A DNA stretch of 59,045 nucleotides, counting the filler, from Dugesia japonica (Eukaryota): the NCBI GenBank assembly GCA_001938525.1. It is 6 parts of 6 records of this genome, joined end to end, with 100 filler letters (N's around TTAATTAATTAA, not from the genome) between each part and the next. Parts side by side here need not be neighbours in the genome. Positions count along the whole stretch, not along the records: positions 10,312 to 18,822 come from MQRL01642767.1; positions 18,923 to 27,882 come from MQRL01587660.1; 4 more parts are not named here. One strand, 5' to 3'. The translations under genes were made by a program, and so were the position numbers. Positions 11,167 to 23,679 of this stretch are shown here, piece after piece. How positions within the stretch are numbered: position 1 is the first letter of the stretch; every line of letters begins with the position of its first letter. A model generated the notes under the pieces. It was given only the letters and a program-made list of their open reading frames with translations, ran no database searches and was not told where the DNA came from.

Positions 11167-13072
11167 AAAAAATTAGATTTCTTTCTCAAATCTTAAAAAA
11201 TTACTATCAAAAAAAATACACCAAATTATATTATTTAACTAACTTTTTACAAGAATTAAAAATTTTCCACTCTATTTTTATGCGATTTGTTTTGATTTAA
11301 CACGATCTAAATGGTTGCAAATTTATATGGACAAAGAAATTCTAAGAATTTTTTCCTATTTTTAATTGTAAGGAATTAAAATTTTAATAAGCAACTGTTT
11401 TTGTATGCATTTGCATTTTGAGTTTCGTGTTTAAACAAAATGTTAAAAAATAAATTTATTAAAAAAATTATTAAAATTTCTGTTTAAATTTGTGATCAAT
11501 ATTATTATTTAGACAATTTATATTTTTTATACTTTTTAATAATAAAATTATTTTAAAGAAATTCAATCGTTTAATCATAATTAAATCGATAATTATTTTT
11601 AAAGACTAAAAATTATTTTGCAATTCCTAGTTCATACCAATACTAGTGATAGCGATTGTTTTTAAGTTTTACGCAAATTTAAAGTGACAACCAACAAATT
11701 TTTATTCATTTTTCAAATCTTTAATGTTTATTAGTTATTGAGATGATTTTTTCTTTTTTAAATAAATATTAATTTGATTTAAATAATAACTTATGTAAAA
11801 TCTGAATGAAATAAAAAGTACAAGTAAGCATATGAAAATAAATTTTAATTTATTTTCAATTTTTTTTTATTTTTATTTTAATTTTGCTCTTTTTTTGTTA
11901 TTTTCGATTTTTTTTAATTTGCATAAATTATTAATATACTTAAAAACAAAAGTTCCCAACGCAAATTGAAATACCAAATTTTTAATATAAAATGCCATTT
12001 AGTTTATATTTTAAAATTCTATGAAATTTAAATTTTAAATCATGATTGAATAACTATTATTTTGATATTTAATATAGAAAAATTATTAAATAAAAAGTAA
12101 GCTGTAAATATTTGTGAAATCTGAATGAAATAAAAAGTACAAGTAAGCATATTAAAATGAATTTTGCTTTAGTTTATTTTATTATGTTCGCTGTTTTTTT
12201 ATTTTGTAGCAATCATGAATAATAAAATAAATAATTGGTGATTGTAAAAAAAGTATTAAAATAGCTACATATCTGACAGGCCCTAAACAAAGGCTTAATA
12301 ATACATATCAGTAATTAGTAGTTAAATTATGTAAAGTTGTATTTTAATGTATATAGTGAATATAATTTATGAAACTGTAAAATCTACGAATGAATACTGA
12401 TTATCCTGAGTGATCATGTAAATTATAAAATTTTGTAATAACAAAATATTTATTTGAATTTGAAAAGTGACAAAACATATAATGTTATTTAATGATAGCG
12501 ATAGACGAAAATAGACCCATAAAATAAAACGCACAGATAATTTCAAATGGTGAGAAGCCATTCAATAAATGATCCACAGCTCAATAAATATGATGAAAAC
12601 TTTATTGATTTAAANNNNNNNNNNNNNNNNNAGCAAAATTTATCAAATTTTAAAATTAAAGTAAATTAGGGTTTCTGACAATTATATTTGAAAATAGAAT
12701 CAAATAAAAATTTTATGGAGTAGATCCCGAACCCCTCACTAGTTTCGTTTTAGAGAAAGTTGACGTGTGGCCAATTGGTGACCAGCATGGCAAAATCATT
12801 TTTATTGGTAAATTTGCGAATGCAGAATTATCTCGAAGTTTTGTATTTGTCAATGTTTTATTGGTAGAGTCATGAGTGCAAAAAGTTTTGGGATTGATTA
12901 TAATTTGATAAAACATTTTATTTGATTTTTCTCTCTATGAATTTAATGTTTAGTGTGTATGATTAGAATATATAAACGAATGTAATTTTGCAAAAATTTG
13001 CCAAATTGGTCGAAGATTTTATCTTTTAAAAATTGGTGTATTTTTGTTTAAAANNNNNNNNNNNNNNNNNNN

Positions 13073-13354
13073 GAGTTTGTATTACTGTGGATAAAGATTT
13101 TTTTCAAAGTTGGGTAATCGATTATTTACGTCTATTCTGTAGACGCACTTAAATTTTACTTTGTGGAGTCAGCGGAACCCAAAAATTTTAATAAATAAAT
13201 TATATACCTAAAAACAATTATGGAAGCATTCAAGGATGCAACAATAAATTCACATGGGTATATATTTATCGATTTTACACAACATTGTACAGATGAGCTT
13301 AGAGTAGTATCTGATATTTTTAATCAAGTGAAATTAGAGTATATAAACAATTGA
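13073..13354 (+). pseudogene. Polinton A32/FtsK-like genome-packaging ATPase, C-terminal fragment
   Basis: 13220-13354 reads MEAFKDATINSHGYIFIDFTQHCTDELRVVSDIF, matching the Polinton ATPase tail AY.DAT..PYGYL.IDL.Q.T.D..R.RT.IF. No intact Walker A was found. Confidence 0.75.
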
Positions 13355-13702
13355 GCAATTACAGTATTTATTTGATTATAAAATTTTAAAAAGTTTAGTT
13401 GATCAGGTAAATGACGGTATGAAAAAATGGAATAATTCTAAAATGAAAAGTAAAAAGCTGACTGTAAAGAACAAGAAACAAAGAAAGAAGTATTCAGTAA
13501 AGAAGAAGCCTTCGAACAGAAAGCNNNNNNNNNNNNNNNNNNNNNNNNNNNNNNNNNNNNNNNNNNNNNNNNNNNNNNNNNNNNNNNNNNNNNNNNNNNN
13601 NNNNNNNNNNNNNNNNNNNNNNNNNNNNNNNNNNNNNNNNNNNNNNNNNNNNNNNNNNNNNNNNNNNNNNNNNNNNNNNNNNNNNNNNNNNNNNNNNNNN
13701 NN

Positions 13703-13989
13703 GTTCTAAAAGAGTCGACAAGGAAATTTTGACAGTTATATCCAACATTTGTTATAGATGATTTGCTAAAATTATTGTGAATATCGATCGTGATATTTTA
13801 ATTATAAGTGTTAAGAAAAATCTAAAATTACAACGTCATAATAGATCAATACTTTCACTTGTAAATACAAAGAATAAGAAATTGAATAGAAAAGTAATAT
13901 ATAAACAAGAAGTAGGATTCCTTACAGCATTATTACCAATTTCATTAGTATCATTAGGACTAAGTGAATTTTACATAAACAACAGATAA
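13703..13989 (+). pseudogene. Polinton small basic core protein with pX/cupiennin-like amphipathic C-terminus
   Basis: KLQRHNRSILSL..RKVIYKQEVGFLTALLP matches the Polinton small-ORF pattern RHK..LR.L..KRKI..Q.GGFL..LLP. Confidence 0.65.
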
Positions 13990-14039
13990 CTTAGAATCAT
14001 TGTTACATGTTTATCTCAAATTTATAATAAATTGTTGTA

Positions 14040-14790
14040 CTGGACAAAATTGAACCAATATGAACAGACCCAAAAAATTGTAGGGTTTAGAGTAGTGGAA
14101 AAACTATGGAAAGCAAGAAACAATTTGAAAAGCGACAAAAAGTGGTTATCAAACTAGTTAGCGCACAGTTTGAACAAGTCCAAGTTGAAAAGACTCCCAA
14201 CAAGACCGTATGAAACCTATAATTATGGTGATTTATGGCAAATGGATTTGATGGAAATGATACCTTATTAGGAAATTAATAAAGAATATACGTAAATATT
14301 GACATGTGTTGATGTATTTAGCATATTTGCAAAAGCTGTGCCTATAAAATCAAAATCTGCTAATGACATTAAAGCTAAAGTCAAAACAATCTATAAAACT
14401 GATTTGGGAAAAAATTCTACGATTCAAAAGTCAAGAATATTATCAATCATCTCAAAATAATCTTTAATCTGTATTTTTATAATGCAAAGTAGCATATAAT
14501 GAAAGATTTAATCGAACATTAAAAGATGCATTGGAAAAGTACTTTGTTCATACTGGTAATCAATCATGGATACATGCATTACCGATAGTAATTGACACTT
14601 AAAATCATACAGGTCATAAAGGATAAAATGGAGCAAAACATGTGTATGTATCATCTGATAATTCAATTAAATTGTGGCTTTTGAGACAACAACCAAAACT
14701 AATCAAGAAAACAAAAATTTAAAGTTGATAATCATGTTAGAATCTCAAAGATATCAGCTTCACCATTCATCAAGAATTTGGATAGTATGA
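14040..14790 (+). pseudogene. Polinton retroviral-like (c-) integrase, degenerate
   Basis: GFRVVEKLWK..KKWLS..AHSLNK..GDLWQMDLMEM..ILTCVDVFS.FAKAVPIKSK..TDLGK..ERFNRTLK..YFVHTGNQSWI..KFKVDNHVRISK, with stops and frameshifts. Confidence 0.92.
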
Positions 14791-14809
14791 ATGTATAGGG
14801 TTTATGAGT

Positions 14810-15693
14810 CCCATGCAAAATATAAAGACATCCTTATCACATGCAAAATATAGAGACGGCCCCATGCATAAAATCAAGACTGCCCCATTACATACATAAA
14901 TATAAAGTCTGCTAAAAAATACATTTATTTCAAAAAACCAATATTTCAATTATTATTTTCATTAATTGTGACACTTTTTCTTAAAAGAAATGTTTTTCAA
15001 AAAATGATAACGTTATACCCACCCTACCAAAAAATTTCAATTAAATCATTAAAAATCCGATAATTAATTAACTTTCAAACCATTTTTTCCCATTTCCCAC
15101 ACTCAAAATCTTTTTTAACACCTTTATACTACTTACAAACTTTAACGAATCAAATTACAGCACTAAAAATCAAAAATCAAAGCACATTCGTCCATCAACT
15201 TTTTCACCATCACATTAACTTTCCAACAACTATTCCCACATCGAAATCCATCAACTACAATTAAACTTATTTACCCTAAAAAAACACCCCATGATAACTC
15301 ATACTATTATGACAGTGCGCTACCACCTCATGTAGACCAAACCATCCATCCTACTCCATAAGTTCTTTAGACAACATATAGCCAATATTTTATTTCCAAC
15401 ACTCACAAACCAAAAAATCCACAAAACATTATCTCCAAGATCTCCACACCTCCTTTGAGTCCATTTTTACTCCTACACACACACCAAATCAACTTGACCT
15501 ACTTTAAGTTAACACCCGTAGCAACCCACACACACAAAAAATTAAAAAATTTCCAGATACACACTCAGGATCAAATAAAATTTGATCCGATCAAAAATTT
15601 TGATCTCAAAAATCTTAGAAAAAAAAGTATCACAAAAATAGTATCACAACCCATTCTTGTTGGTGGGGGTCCACATTGTGACAGTGCGCTGCT
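14810..15693 (+). repeat. Polinton right end: ~30-bp subterminal repeats plus long TIR ending ...GTGCGCTGCT
   Basis: Directly follows the integrase; homologous along its length to 20995-22193; similarity stops at the same base; terminus read inward is 5'-AGCAGCGCAC. Confidence 0.75.
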
Positions 15694-16143
15694 ATTCCTC
15701 TACTAATGACTTTATTTCTTTGATATTTTTGTCGATCTTCGTGGTTGATGGTCTTCCGGATCTAGGGTCATCTGTGACAGTCTTACGACCATCTAAAAAT
15801 CGTGCATGCCATTCATTAGTTATTGATTTTGATAAAGCATTGTGGCCATAGCACTTCTGTAGCATTTTCAAGGTATCAATACGTTTAATTTCGTTTTTGA
15901 CGCAGATTTTAATACAAATTCTTTGTTCAATTATATAATTATCATCCATCCTACAAATAGAAGATACCATTAAAATTAATTTAAATAAATTACTGAAGCT
16001 TTTTCAAATTACGATCTGTTCAGCTAGAATTTGGTGATGTAGTAAAACAAATATGTAGCAACTATTAAAAATAATAATTACATCTATAGCATTTATGTGT
16101 GAATGTTAAATTGTTTTGACCGGATATTTTTTGATCATGGTAG
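15694..16143 (-). mobile_element. Mariner element 5' part (TIR plus transposase N-terminal HTH), truncated by a Polinton end
   Basis: ORF 15692-15970 EQRICIKICVK..LKMLQKCYG..WHARFLDGR..DDPRSGRPST; TIR CTACCATGATCAAAAAATATCCGG begins at 16143, flanked by TA. Confidence 0.9.
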
Positions 16144-16145
16144 TA

Positions 16146-16987
16146 TATCTCACTTTTTCAACACTAAAAATGCATGACTGTAAAACACAAACATGCCCCT
16201 GTGAATTGTAGACTTCCATAACATTTTAGCTTAAGACTGTCTGATCATTTATCTATAAGCTACCCCCCACCTTTCCTTCACCATGATTTTCAAAAATTCT
16301 CACACACTTCGAAAAAATCAAAACCACACTTTTCCTATTCACCATTCCCCTTCTTCCTTAGAAAAATAAAGAACACCCAAAAAAATAATTTTCATCCGCC
16401 TACACTACTAACTACCTTCAAAAAAATAAATCAATAATCAAAAAAATTTACCCAACCCAACACCCACTCTTTCTACAACACCCATCTCATTCAAAACAAC
16501 AAAAATTCACTACACTACACTCCTTTTAACCCAAACACACAAAAACTCATCACCCTGTGTTGGTGCGCTCATAAATCTAGAACCCCTTGACGCATTTTTA
16601 CCCATGGTTACTTTCAGAAAAGTATATTCCGATTTCGAGGGTCCGGTCAAATCCACTCGCAAACAAAAAATACACTTCAACACACTCACACACACACATT
16701 ATCAACATACAACTTTCATCGAAATTTAGACCACACCTTCTACCATCCATCCATGATTCATACAAAAGCCTCAAAATAATTTTTTAACCCAAAAAAATTT
16801 AACAAAATTTAAAATTCCCTCATGAATTTAAACACCATCAAAAAATTGTTCGAATTTGATCCGTTCAAAAATCTGATTCAATAAAAAATTTAAAATCAAT
16901 AAATCCAAGATAACCTACAACACACTTCCTGCCTGTGTTATGTTTATTCGGGAGGAGATTGTGTTGATACGTTCACATCTACCTACT
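16146..16987 (+). repeat. More diverged Polinton-TIR-like A/C-rich segment ending ...CTACCTACT
   Basis: Same A/C skew and shared blocks (aatttgatccg.tcaaaaat..gat at 16852 vs 15579; ggtgcgct at 16562); inward-read terminus 5'-AGTAGGTAG. Confidence 0.45.
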
Positions 16988-18573
16988 TATAGGTTGTGTG
17001 AATATGTTTTCTGCTTTATTTGTTAGAAACGGATTACGTACCATAATTTGTACATAATCGAGCTTACTCTCTATCTGATCAAGCACCGCTGTCTTTTGTA
17101 AAACCAAATCTTCACATCCAGACACGCATGTTGGGCATCTGGTGAAATAAACAAGGTCCGATTCATTGAGTTGCTTCAACAAGCTGAACCATTACGGTTG
17201 CTCTTTACTGTGCCCAGTTTTCAGGGTAATATGTATTACTTGTATTAGATAATTCTTTTAACACAATAAATAGATAAGTAATATAAATAACCAAATACAC
17301 TTTTAATATTTTAAAATGTTTATTTTTTTATTTGATAATAGGTCTAGTTAGAAAAATGAATAAAGGCTACATAAGATGTGTTACAAGATTTATTGATAAT
17401 GATAAAAACATTAAAAGACATTTAAAATCGATTGTCGAAGAAAATCCTAAAATTATGTTATATAAAATAATATAATATAAACAATAATTTTGAAGAATCT
17501 AGTAAAATAGAAAACAACTTTGGTCTCTGAATTTTGACAAATGGACAATAAATGATAAATGTATTTTTAAATTAAAATTAAAATTTTATTTTGATTTTTT
17601 ATTTTACACAAAAGATTAATCAAATTCAATGTCACGAAAATCAACTCCACGTACTCTTTTCACTACATACAATCTACAAATAGGACAATTTTTCAATAAT
17701 GACGAACAGCTTTGGCAAGTTTTCCAATGACCACATGGAAGAAATATAACTTCAACAGGCTTATCGAGACAAACAACACAAATAAATTCAGATAGAATGA
17801 ATTCTAAAATTAAATATTTTATATTAATGTCATCTTATTATAACGTAAAAATGAAAAGCATTTGAAAATTTAACTATTAAAATTAATTCAATTATCACCC
17901 GTCAAAAATGACGATTTGTAAATGAAATTTTAGTAGTCAAAAATTTTATAATGGTCTGAAAAATTAAACTAAATTTTAAGGATAAAAAATAAACTGAAAA
18001 AAGTTTATTGATTTCAATAATTTAATAATTACAATATTTTTGATGAATGTGCAATTATTATTTAAAATTGTTCCTTGATTGGTTAATTGATATCCAATAT
18101 ACTTACAATAATGTCAACCTGACAGTTACGTTATTTTTTTAAAAATAATGTTATTATTAAAAATAATGTTACTTTATAATTTTAACGGTTCTCAAAGGTT
18201 AGTTTAATTTTAAATTTTTTTAATGTTACACTTTCATAATTTTTTTATAATTCCGTTCAAAATTTTATTTTTTACATGATTTTAAAAAAATAACAGTGAA
18301 TTTAAATTTTATTTATTTTTGTGTGACTGAAACATTTTGCTCTGTCACATCTTCAAAAAGTTTATTTACATTAATTTTTTATATAAATTAAAATTTGAAT
18401 GAAATTAGACTTTAATTTCATACATCGTATTTACAACTTGTATGCACTGTAATTATTGTACAAAAATGTTTTGTGCCATATTTTAAATTTCAATAAAAAA
18501 TACCGAAAATTATTGAAAAAAATTATTTATATGATCAAACTTTCATTTTACTAGTTATATTAATCGTTTATAT

Positions 18574-18822
18574 CAGCGGTTCTTAATCTGTGATAAGCTG
18601 GCCTCGAGGATTTAAAATATTAAAAATAATATTGAAATATTGAAAGTGTCAGTAGTAAATACAAGGTTTTTCAAATGATTTTCAAATTTGATTTTTTTCA
18701 TAAAGCAAACTTAACTGCAAGTAGGGAGTGCAATACCGGGATCCCGGGATTATCAAGTATTTATAAACTAAATAAAATACAACTACAAACAATTGTCAAA
18801 CAAAAATTTATTAACATTAACA
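18574..18822 (+). mobile_element. hAT (Buster-like) left end, cut by scaffold end
   Basis: CAGCGGTTCTTAATCTG TIR-like start preceded by the 8-mer GTTTATAT with central TA. Confidence 0.5.
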
Positions 18823-19680
18823 NNNNNNNNNNNNNNNNNNNNNNNNNNNNNNNNNNNNNNNNNNNNTTAATTAATTAANNNNNNNNNNNNNNNNNNNNNN
18901 NNNNNNNNNNNNNNNNNNNNNNGATCTTGGAAATAATTTTTCTGGGGTTTTTAAGATTTGGTTGTGGTAAGACCAAAATTCGGTCTATATATTGTTTTAA
19001 TGACTTTGAGGTTTGATGAATGGGTTGTCCTAGAAATGTGGTAGCGCACGGTCACAGTCGTATGAGTTATCGTGGGGTGTTTCTTGGGAAATGTATGTTT
19101 GTATGGGGTTGTAGGATTTTGTTGGTTGATGNNNNNNNNNNNNNNNNNNNNNNNNNNNNNNNNNNNNNNNNNNNNNNNNNNNNNNNNNNNNNNNNNNNNN
19201 NNNNNNNNNNNNNNNNNNNNNNNNNNNNNNNNNNNNNNNNNNNNNNNNNNNNNNNNNNNNNNNNNNNNNNNNNNNNNNNNNNNNNNNNNNNNNNNNNNNN
19301 NNNNNNNNNNNNNNNNNNNNNNNNNNNNNNNNNNNNNNNNNNNNNNNNNNNNNNNNNGTCATAATCTTTTGAAATCTTTATTTGTAGTAAAAATCCTGTA
19401 TTTTGCTTAAATTGATGAATTTATAGAAAGTAATGATAATTTTGTAAAAATGATGTATTTTTGAGTATTTTTGAGTGATAAGGGTTGTTTTTAATATTTT
19501 GTGATGTGGAAAGAAGAGAACCTTAATATTTTTTGAATTTTGTTTTTTGCGGGAAATTAAAAAAAATATTTTTTGGTTAGAAATTTAAAAAAATATATTT
19601 CGGCGGGAAATTTAAAATTTGATATTTCAATGGGAGGGGGGAATTTTTGTAATATAATTAAATTTAATATAATTAACATA

Positions 19681-20140
19681 GTTACTATATAAAAATACCA
19701 TCATATGCATTATATTACACGTTTGCTATGTAAATAATTCCCTCATAAGTCTTATATTATACAGTTTCTATGTAAATAATACACTCATAAACGCTATAAT
19801 ACACGGTTGCTATGTAAATAATACAAGGTAACTATGTAAATAATATACTCATAATCCTTATAATACACAGCTGCTATGTAAATAATATATTCATAAACCA
19901 TATAATACAGGGTTACTATGTAAATAATATATACTCATAAACCATATAATACAGGGGTTACTATGTAAACAATACACTAATAAACCCTATAATAGATAGT
20001 TGCTATGTAAATAATATACTTATAAACTCTATAATACAAGGTTACTATGTGAATAATATACTCATAATCCTTATAATACATGGTTGCTATGTAAATAAAA
20101 CATGGTAACTATGCAACTAATATGCTTATTAACTCTACAC
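19681..20140. repeat. Minisatellite, ~42-bp unit, ~12 copies
   Basis: Consensus approx. GGTTRCTATGTAAATAATAYACTCATAAACCYTATAATACAC; two copies shortened to ~22 bp. Confidence 0.92.
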
Positions 20141-20249
20141 AATCATAAAAATATTTTCTTATAAGTTTTAATCTATGGAAAGGCACCATCAATTTATGAT
20201 TTTTATGAAAAAAGTTCTAATTTTATCATTTTGCAAAGAAATGTTCTCA

Positions 20250-20670
20250 GCTAATGAAATTTTTTATTAAAAAATTACAACACTAATGAGATTGTTTGTT
20301 AAAACTTGCATCGGTAATGAGATTTTTTTATAAAAATTCCATTAGTAATGAGATTTTTTATTAAACGTTGCATAACTAATGAGATTTTTATTCAAAATTA
20401 CAACTCTAATGAGATTTTCTATTAAAAATTGCATCAGTTATGAGATTATTTTTTAAAACTTGCATTGTCAATGAGAGTTTTTATTTAAAATTGCATAACT
20501 AATGAGGTTTGTTATAGAAAATTGTCACTAGTAATATATTTTTTATAGAAATATATCATAACTAATATGTTTTTTTAGAAAAATTACACGACTAATATGT
20601 TTTTTATAGAAAAAATTAGGGGACTAATATGTTTTTTTAGAAAAATTATCTAGCTATATGTTTTTATGAA
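20250..20670. repeat. Minisatellite, ~31-32-bp unit, ~13 copies
   Basis: CTAATGAGATTTTTTATTAAAAATTGCATCA drifting to CTAATATGTTTTTTATAGAAAAAATT along the array. Confidence 0.9.
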
Positions 20671-20769
20671 AATAGTTCTGTTTTTGTAAAGAAAAGTTTT
20701 AATTTGAATATTTTATTATGTAAATATCACGAAAACTCTTCTCTTTGAACTCTTTTGATAGATATATTT

Positions 20770-20993
20770 TAATAAATGCAACTCAGAGGCAATACAGCTG
20801 CAACACGCATATACTGAAAATCATGTGCCTGGGAATTTTTTATTAATAAATAAGTTAGGTATGCGACTCAGATGCAACACACATACAACAAAAATCACGT
20901 GCCTGGGAATTTTTTATTAATTTTTTTTGACTTTTTAATAAATGCAATAGGTATGCAACACAAATCCAATGAAAATCACGTGCATATGAATTT
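20770..20993. repeat. Short array of ~3 longer units
   Basis: Three occurrences of TGCAACAC..AAAATCA(C/T)GTGC..GAATTTT. Confidence 0.75.
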
Positions 20994-21325
20994 TAGACTC
21001 TCCATCCCTTGTAAAAAATCAAATCTGCTCCATATCATGCTAAATATAGAATCTCCCTATGTTAAATATAGTCTCCCCATGCTAAATATCAAGACTGCTC
21101 ATGCCATGCAGTAATATTAAAAAATTAAGACTGCCCATACCATGCATAAATATCAAGACTGACCNATCTTAAGTAAAATATAAAGACAAATAATCAATAA
21201 TGCTTCAATCAAGACTGTCCAATCTCTTACAAAAATATCAAGACTTACCCATTTACTACAAAATATCAAGACTGTCCATGCCATATAAAATATCAAGACT
21301 GCCCTAACTCATACATGAATATAGT
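20994..21325. repeat. Minisatellite, ~28-31-bp unit, ~11 copies
   Basis: CCATGC..AAATATCAAGACTGC units; the same unit occurs at 14810-14910. Confidence 0.88.
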
Positions 21326-22639
21326 CTTCTCAAAAAAAAATTTAATTTAATTTAATTAAATTTAATTGTATTAAAAAAATTCCCCAACCCCAAAGATATA
21401 TAAAATTTTAAATTTCTCGCCGAAATATATTTTTTTAAATTTCCCGCAAAAAACAAAATTCAAAAAATATCAAGACTTCACTTTTCCCACATCGAAAAAT
21501 ATTAAAACAACCCTTCCCACTGAAAAATAATCAAAAAATACTCAAAAAATTTACAAAAATATCATAACTTTCTATAAATTCATCAATTTAAGCAAAATAC
21601 AGGATTTTTACTACAAATAAAGATTTCAAAAGATTATGACNNNNNNNNNNNNNNNNNNNNNNNNNNNNNNNNNNNNNNNNNNNNNNNNNNNNNNNNNNNN
21701 NNNNNNNNNNNNNNNNNNNNNNNNNNNNNNNNNNNNNNNNNNNNNNNNNNNNNNNNNNNNNNNNNNNNNNNNNNNNNNNNNNNAAATATTAACCAATCAA
21801 ATTTGAGCACAACCAATCAGAAATTAAGTCAGAATCGACATCCAAAATGTTTTCCATTGCATTACCTTTCTAACAATCCATCAACCAACAAAATCCTACA
21901 ACCCCATACAAACATACATTTCCCAAGAAACACCCCACGATAATTCATACGACTGTGACCGTACGCTATCACACTTTTAAGTTTAAAAATACACACACAC
22001 CTAGGATAAAAAAAAGATCCTATCAAAAAACATTTGATTCGATCAAAAAATTTTTTATCCCAAAAATCTTAGAAAAAAAACAATCACAAAAATACGGTCA
22101 CAATCGTAAGCAATTGTCGAGCCCTCCCTGGGGATTGATGGAGAGGGGGGTCCTTCAAATAGTGACCATTTTAAATTGTGATCGTGCGCTACTATCCCAT
22201 TACTCCTGGAAAACGGATGAATATCAGAAACAGATTGAACGAATGGTGGCGGGAATAGAAACAACTTTCAAAGAAATCTTAAGTAGTAGGTAAATTGTGG
22301 TGCATAACACCACTTGAAAAGACCTATTAAGGTTCCTCCGTCGACGATCGAATAAAAGTTTTAAAAAGTGGAGTTATTTTTGGTATATATTTTTAAAATT
22401 TTGAAAAAATAGACAATAATGATTATTATTGTAAAATTGCCGTTTAAATATGTTGTAAAGTCTTCCAATATAATGTTTATCTTGTTTGAATTTTTAATGA
22501 AAATGAAAAAAAAATCATAATCCTAATAGAATCCATCTCTGACAAATATAATAGTAAATCGTCATTTTTATTTAGTGTCTGGTATAAAGAATCTAACAAT
22601 CGAGGGCTCTATGAAAGATCCCCAGAAAAGCTAGAGCGT

Positions 22640-23270
22640 TATACACAAAAATATGCAAGTCTACATCGCAGAGTACAGCAGAAAAATGCTAGTCGTATTT
22701 TGCTTTTCATTTTGGTGGTAAAATGATGTTTCCTAATGAAAAAAGAATGTACATATTGAGTGGGATTAAATGTAGTTTGCGATGAACCTACCAATGTGGT
22801 AAATAAAAGTGACGGAACGGTTTGAAAATGTAAAAATGCTCTCTGTGGGTTCATGATTAAATTCATTTGTGAAAATCCTTTTTCACACTCACTTTGGTAT
22901 TGACTGTTTGCGTTAATGGATTTAAATTTTAGGCAAATGTTTCTCCATTGACAAATTACGTAAATCTTGAATTTTGCTCATTCGAATGAAAATCATTTTT
23001 TAATGTCCAAATTTTCCTTCCACTGAAGATTAAATTACTTTCAACAATTCTTAGGAATTTTTCGAGCACGAAAACATTAAAAGAACGAATAATTTATTTT
23101 ACCAACAGAACTTAATATACAGATTGTCATCGATTCTACTAATGCAGAATTAAGGTTTTCTGGATTGATGATTTGTTATTTACATATTCTTTTGCTTTCG
23201 TTGTACAATTCAATTCCAAAAAAACAAGACTTGTTCTTTGGCTTCAGTATATTGAGAATGTGGATCAGTT
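22640..23270 (-). pseudogene. hAT transposase C-terminal dimerisation domain remnant (KIAA1586/ZNF862-like group)
   Basis: Minus frame reads SECEKGFSQMNLIMNPQRAFL..TVPSLLFTTLVG...FNPTQYV. Confidence 0.75.
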
Positions 23271-23451
23271 TTTCTATAAATATAGATTTAAATTAAATTT
23301 TAAATTTTCTAGTTTGATTTGCTCAAGCATATGTGTAATTAAATGAAACATTTGATTGAATTACTTCATATTCAGATAAATTCCAAGATATAATATAAGT
23401 ATGGGGGAAAAGACGATTTTAAGCCAGGGGGGTATACTACCTTTTTCATTT

Positions 23452-23679
23452 TAGATTTTTCATGAAAAAATTTTACATTAAGAAATGTTTTACAAAGATT
23501 TTATTTTTTTAATTTTAGTGTCACAAACATCAAATTTTCAAAATGAAAAACTTTTCTTCAAAAGGTTTTCCATCAAAGAAAAATTTGATGTGTGACATTA
23601 AAAGTAAAAAATAATATCAAAATAAAACACTTCCTAAAAAGCATAAAAAATTTTTTCATGAAAAATCTAAAATGAAAAA
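23452..23679. repeat. ~230-bp imperfect palindrome upstream of second pPolB
   Basis: 23452-23539 is the reverse complement of 23578-23679; the central segment tgaaaaacttttcttcaaaaggttttcca also folds. Confidence 0.88.

Larger units (their letters stand above)
18923..22193. mobile_element. Non-autonomous Polinton-derived element: long inverted arms enclosing four minisatellite arrays
   Basis: ~19035-19675 is the reverse complement of ~21345-21975; the right arm continues to ...GTGCGCTACT at 22193; arms are homologous to the TIR next to the integrase at 14810-15693; the left end is lost at the scaffold edge. Confidence 0.75.

Noticed and set aside
11793-12165. ~50-bp direct repeat (a similar ~65-bp pair occurs at 49243-49310 and 50097-50161)
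   Set aside because: Short AT-rich duplications without LTR, TSD or coding context.
12715-12830. Walker A of the Polinton ATPase
   Set aside because: No frame gives a convincing G-x4-GK(S/T).
4141-15693. One continuous Polinton from pPolB to integrase and TIR
   Set aside because: Split by an artificial spacer and ~2.5 kb of unrelated AT-rich DNA; the two ends do not match each other.
19681-21325. CRISPR-like arrays
   Set aside because: Units are head-to-tail degenerate repeats with no unique spacers; no cas genes; eukaryotic context.
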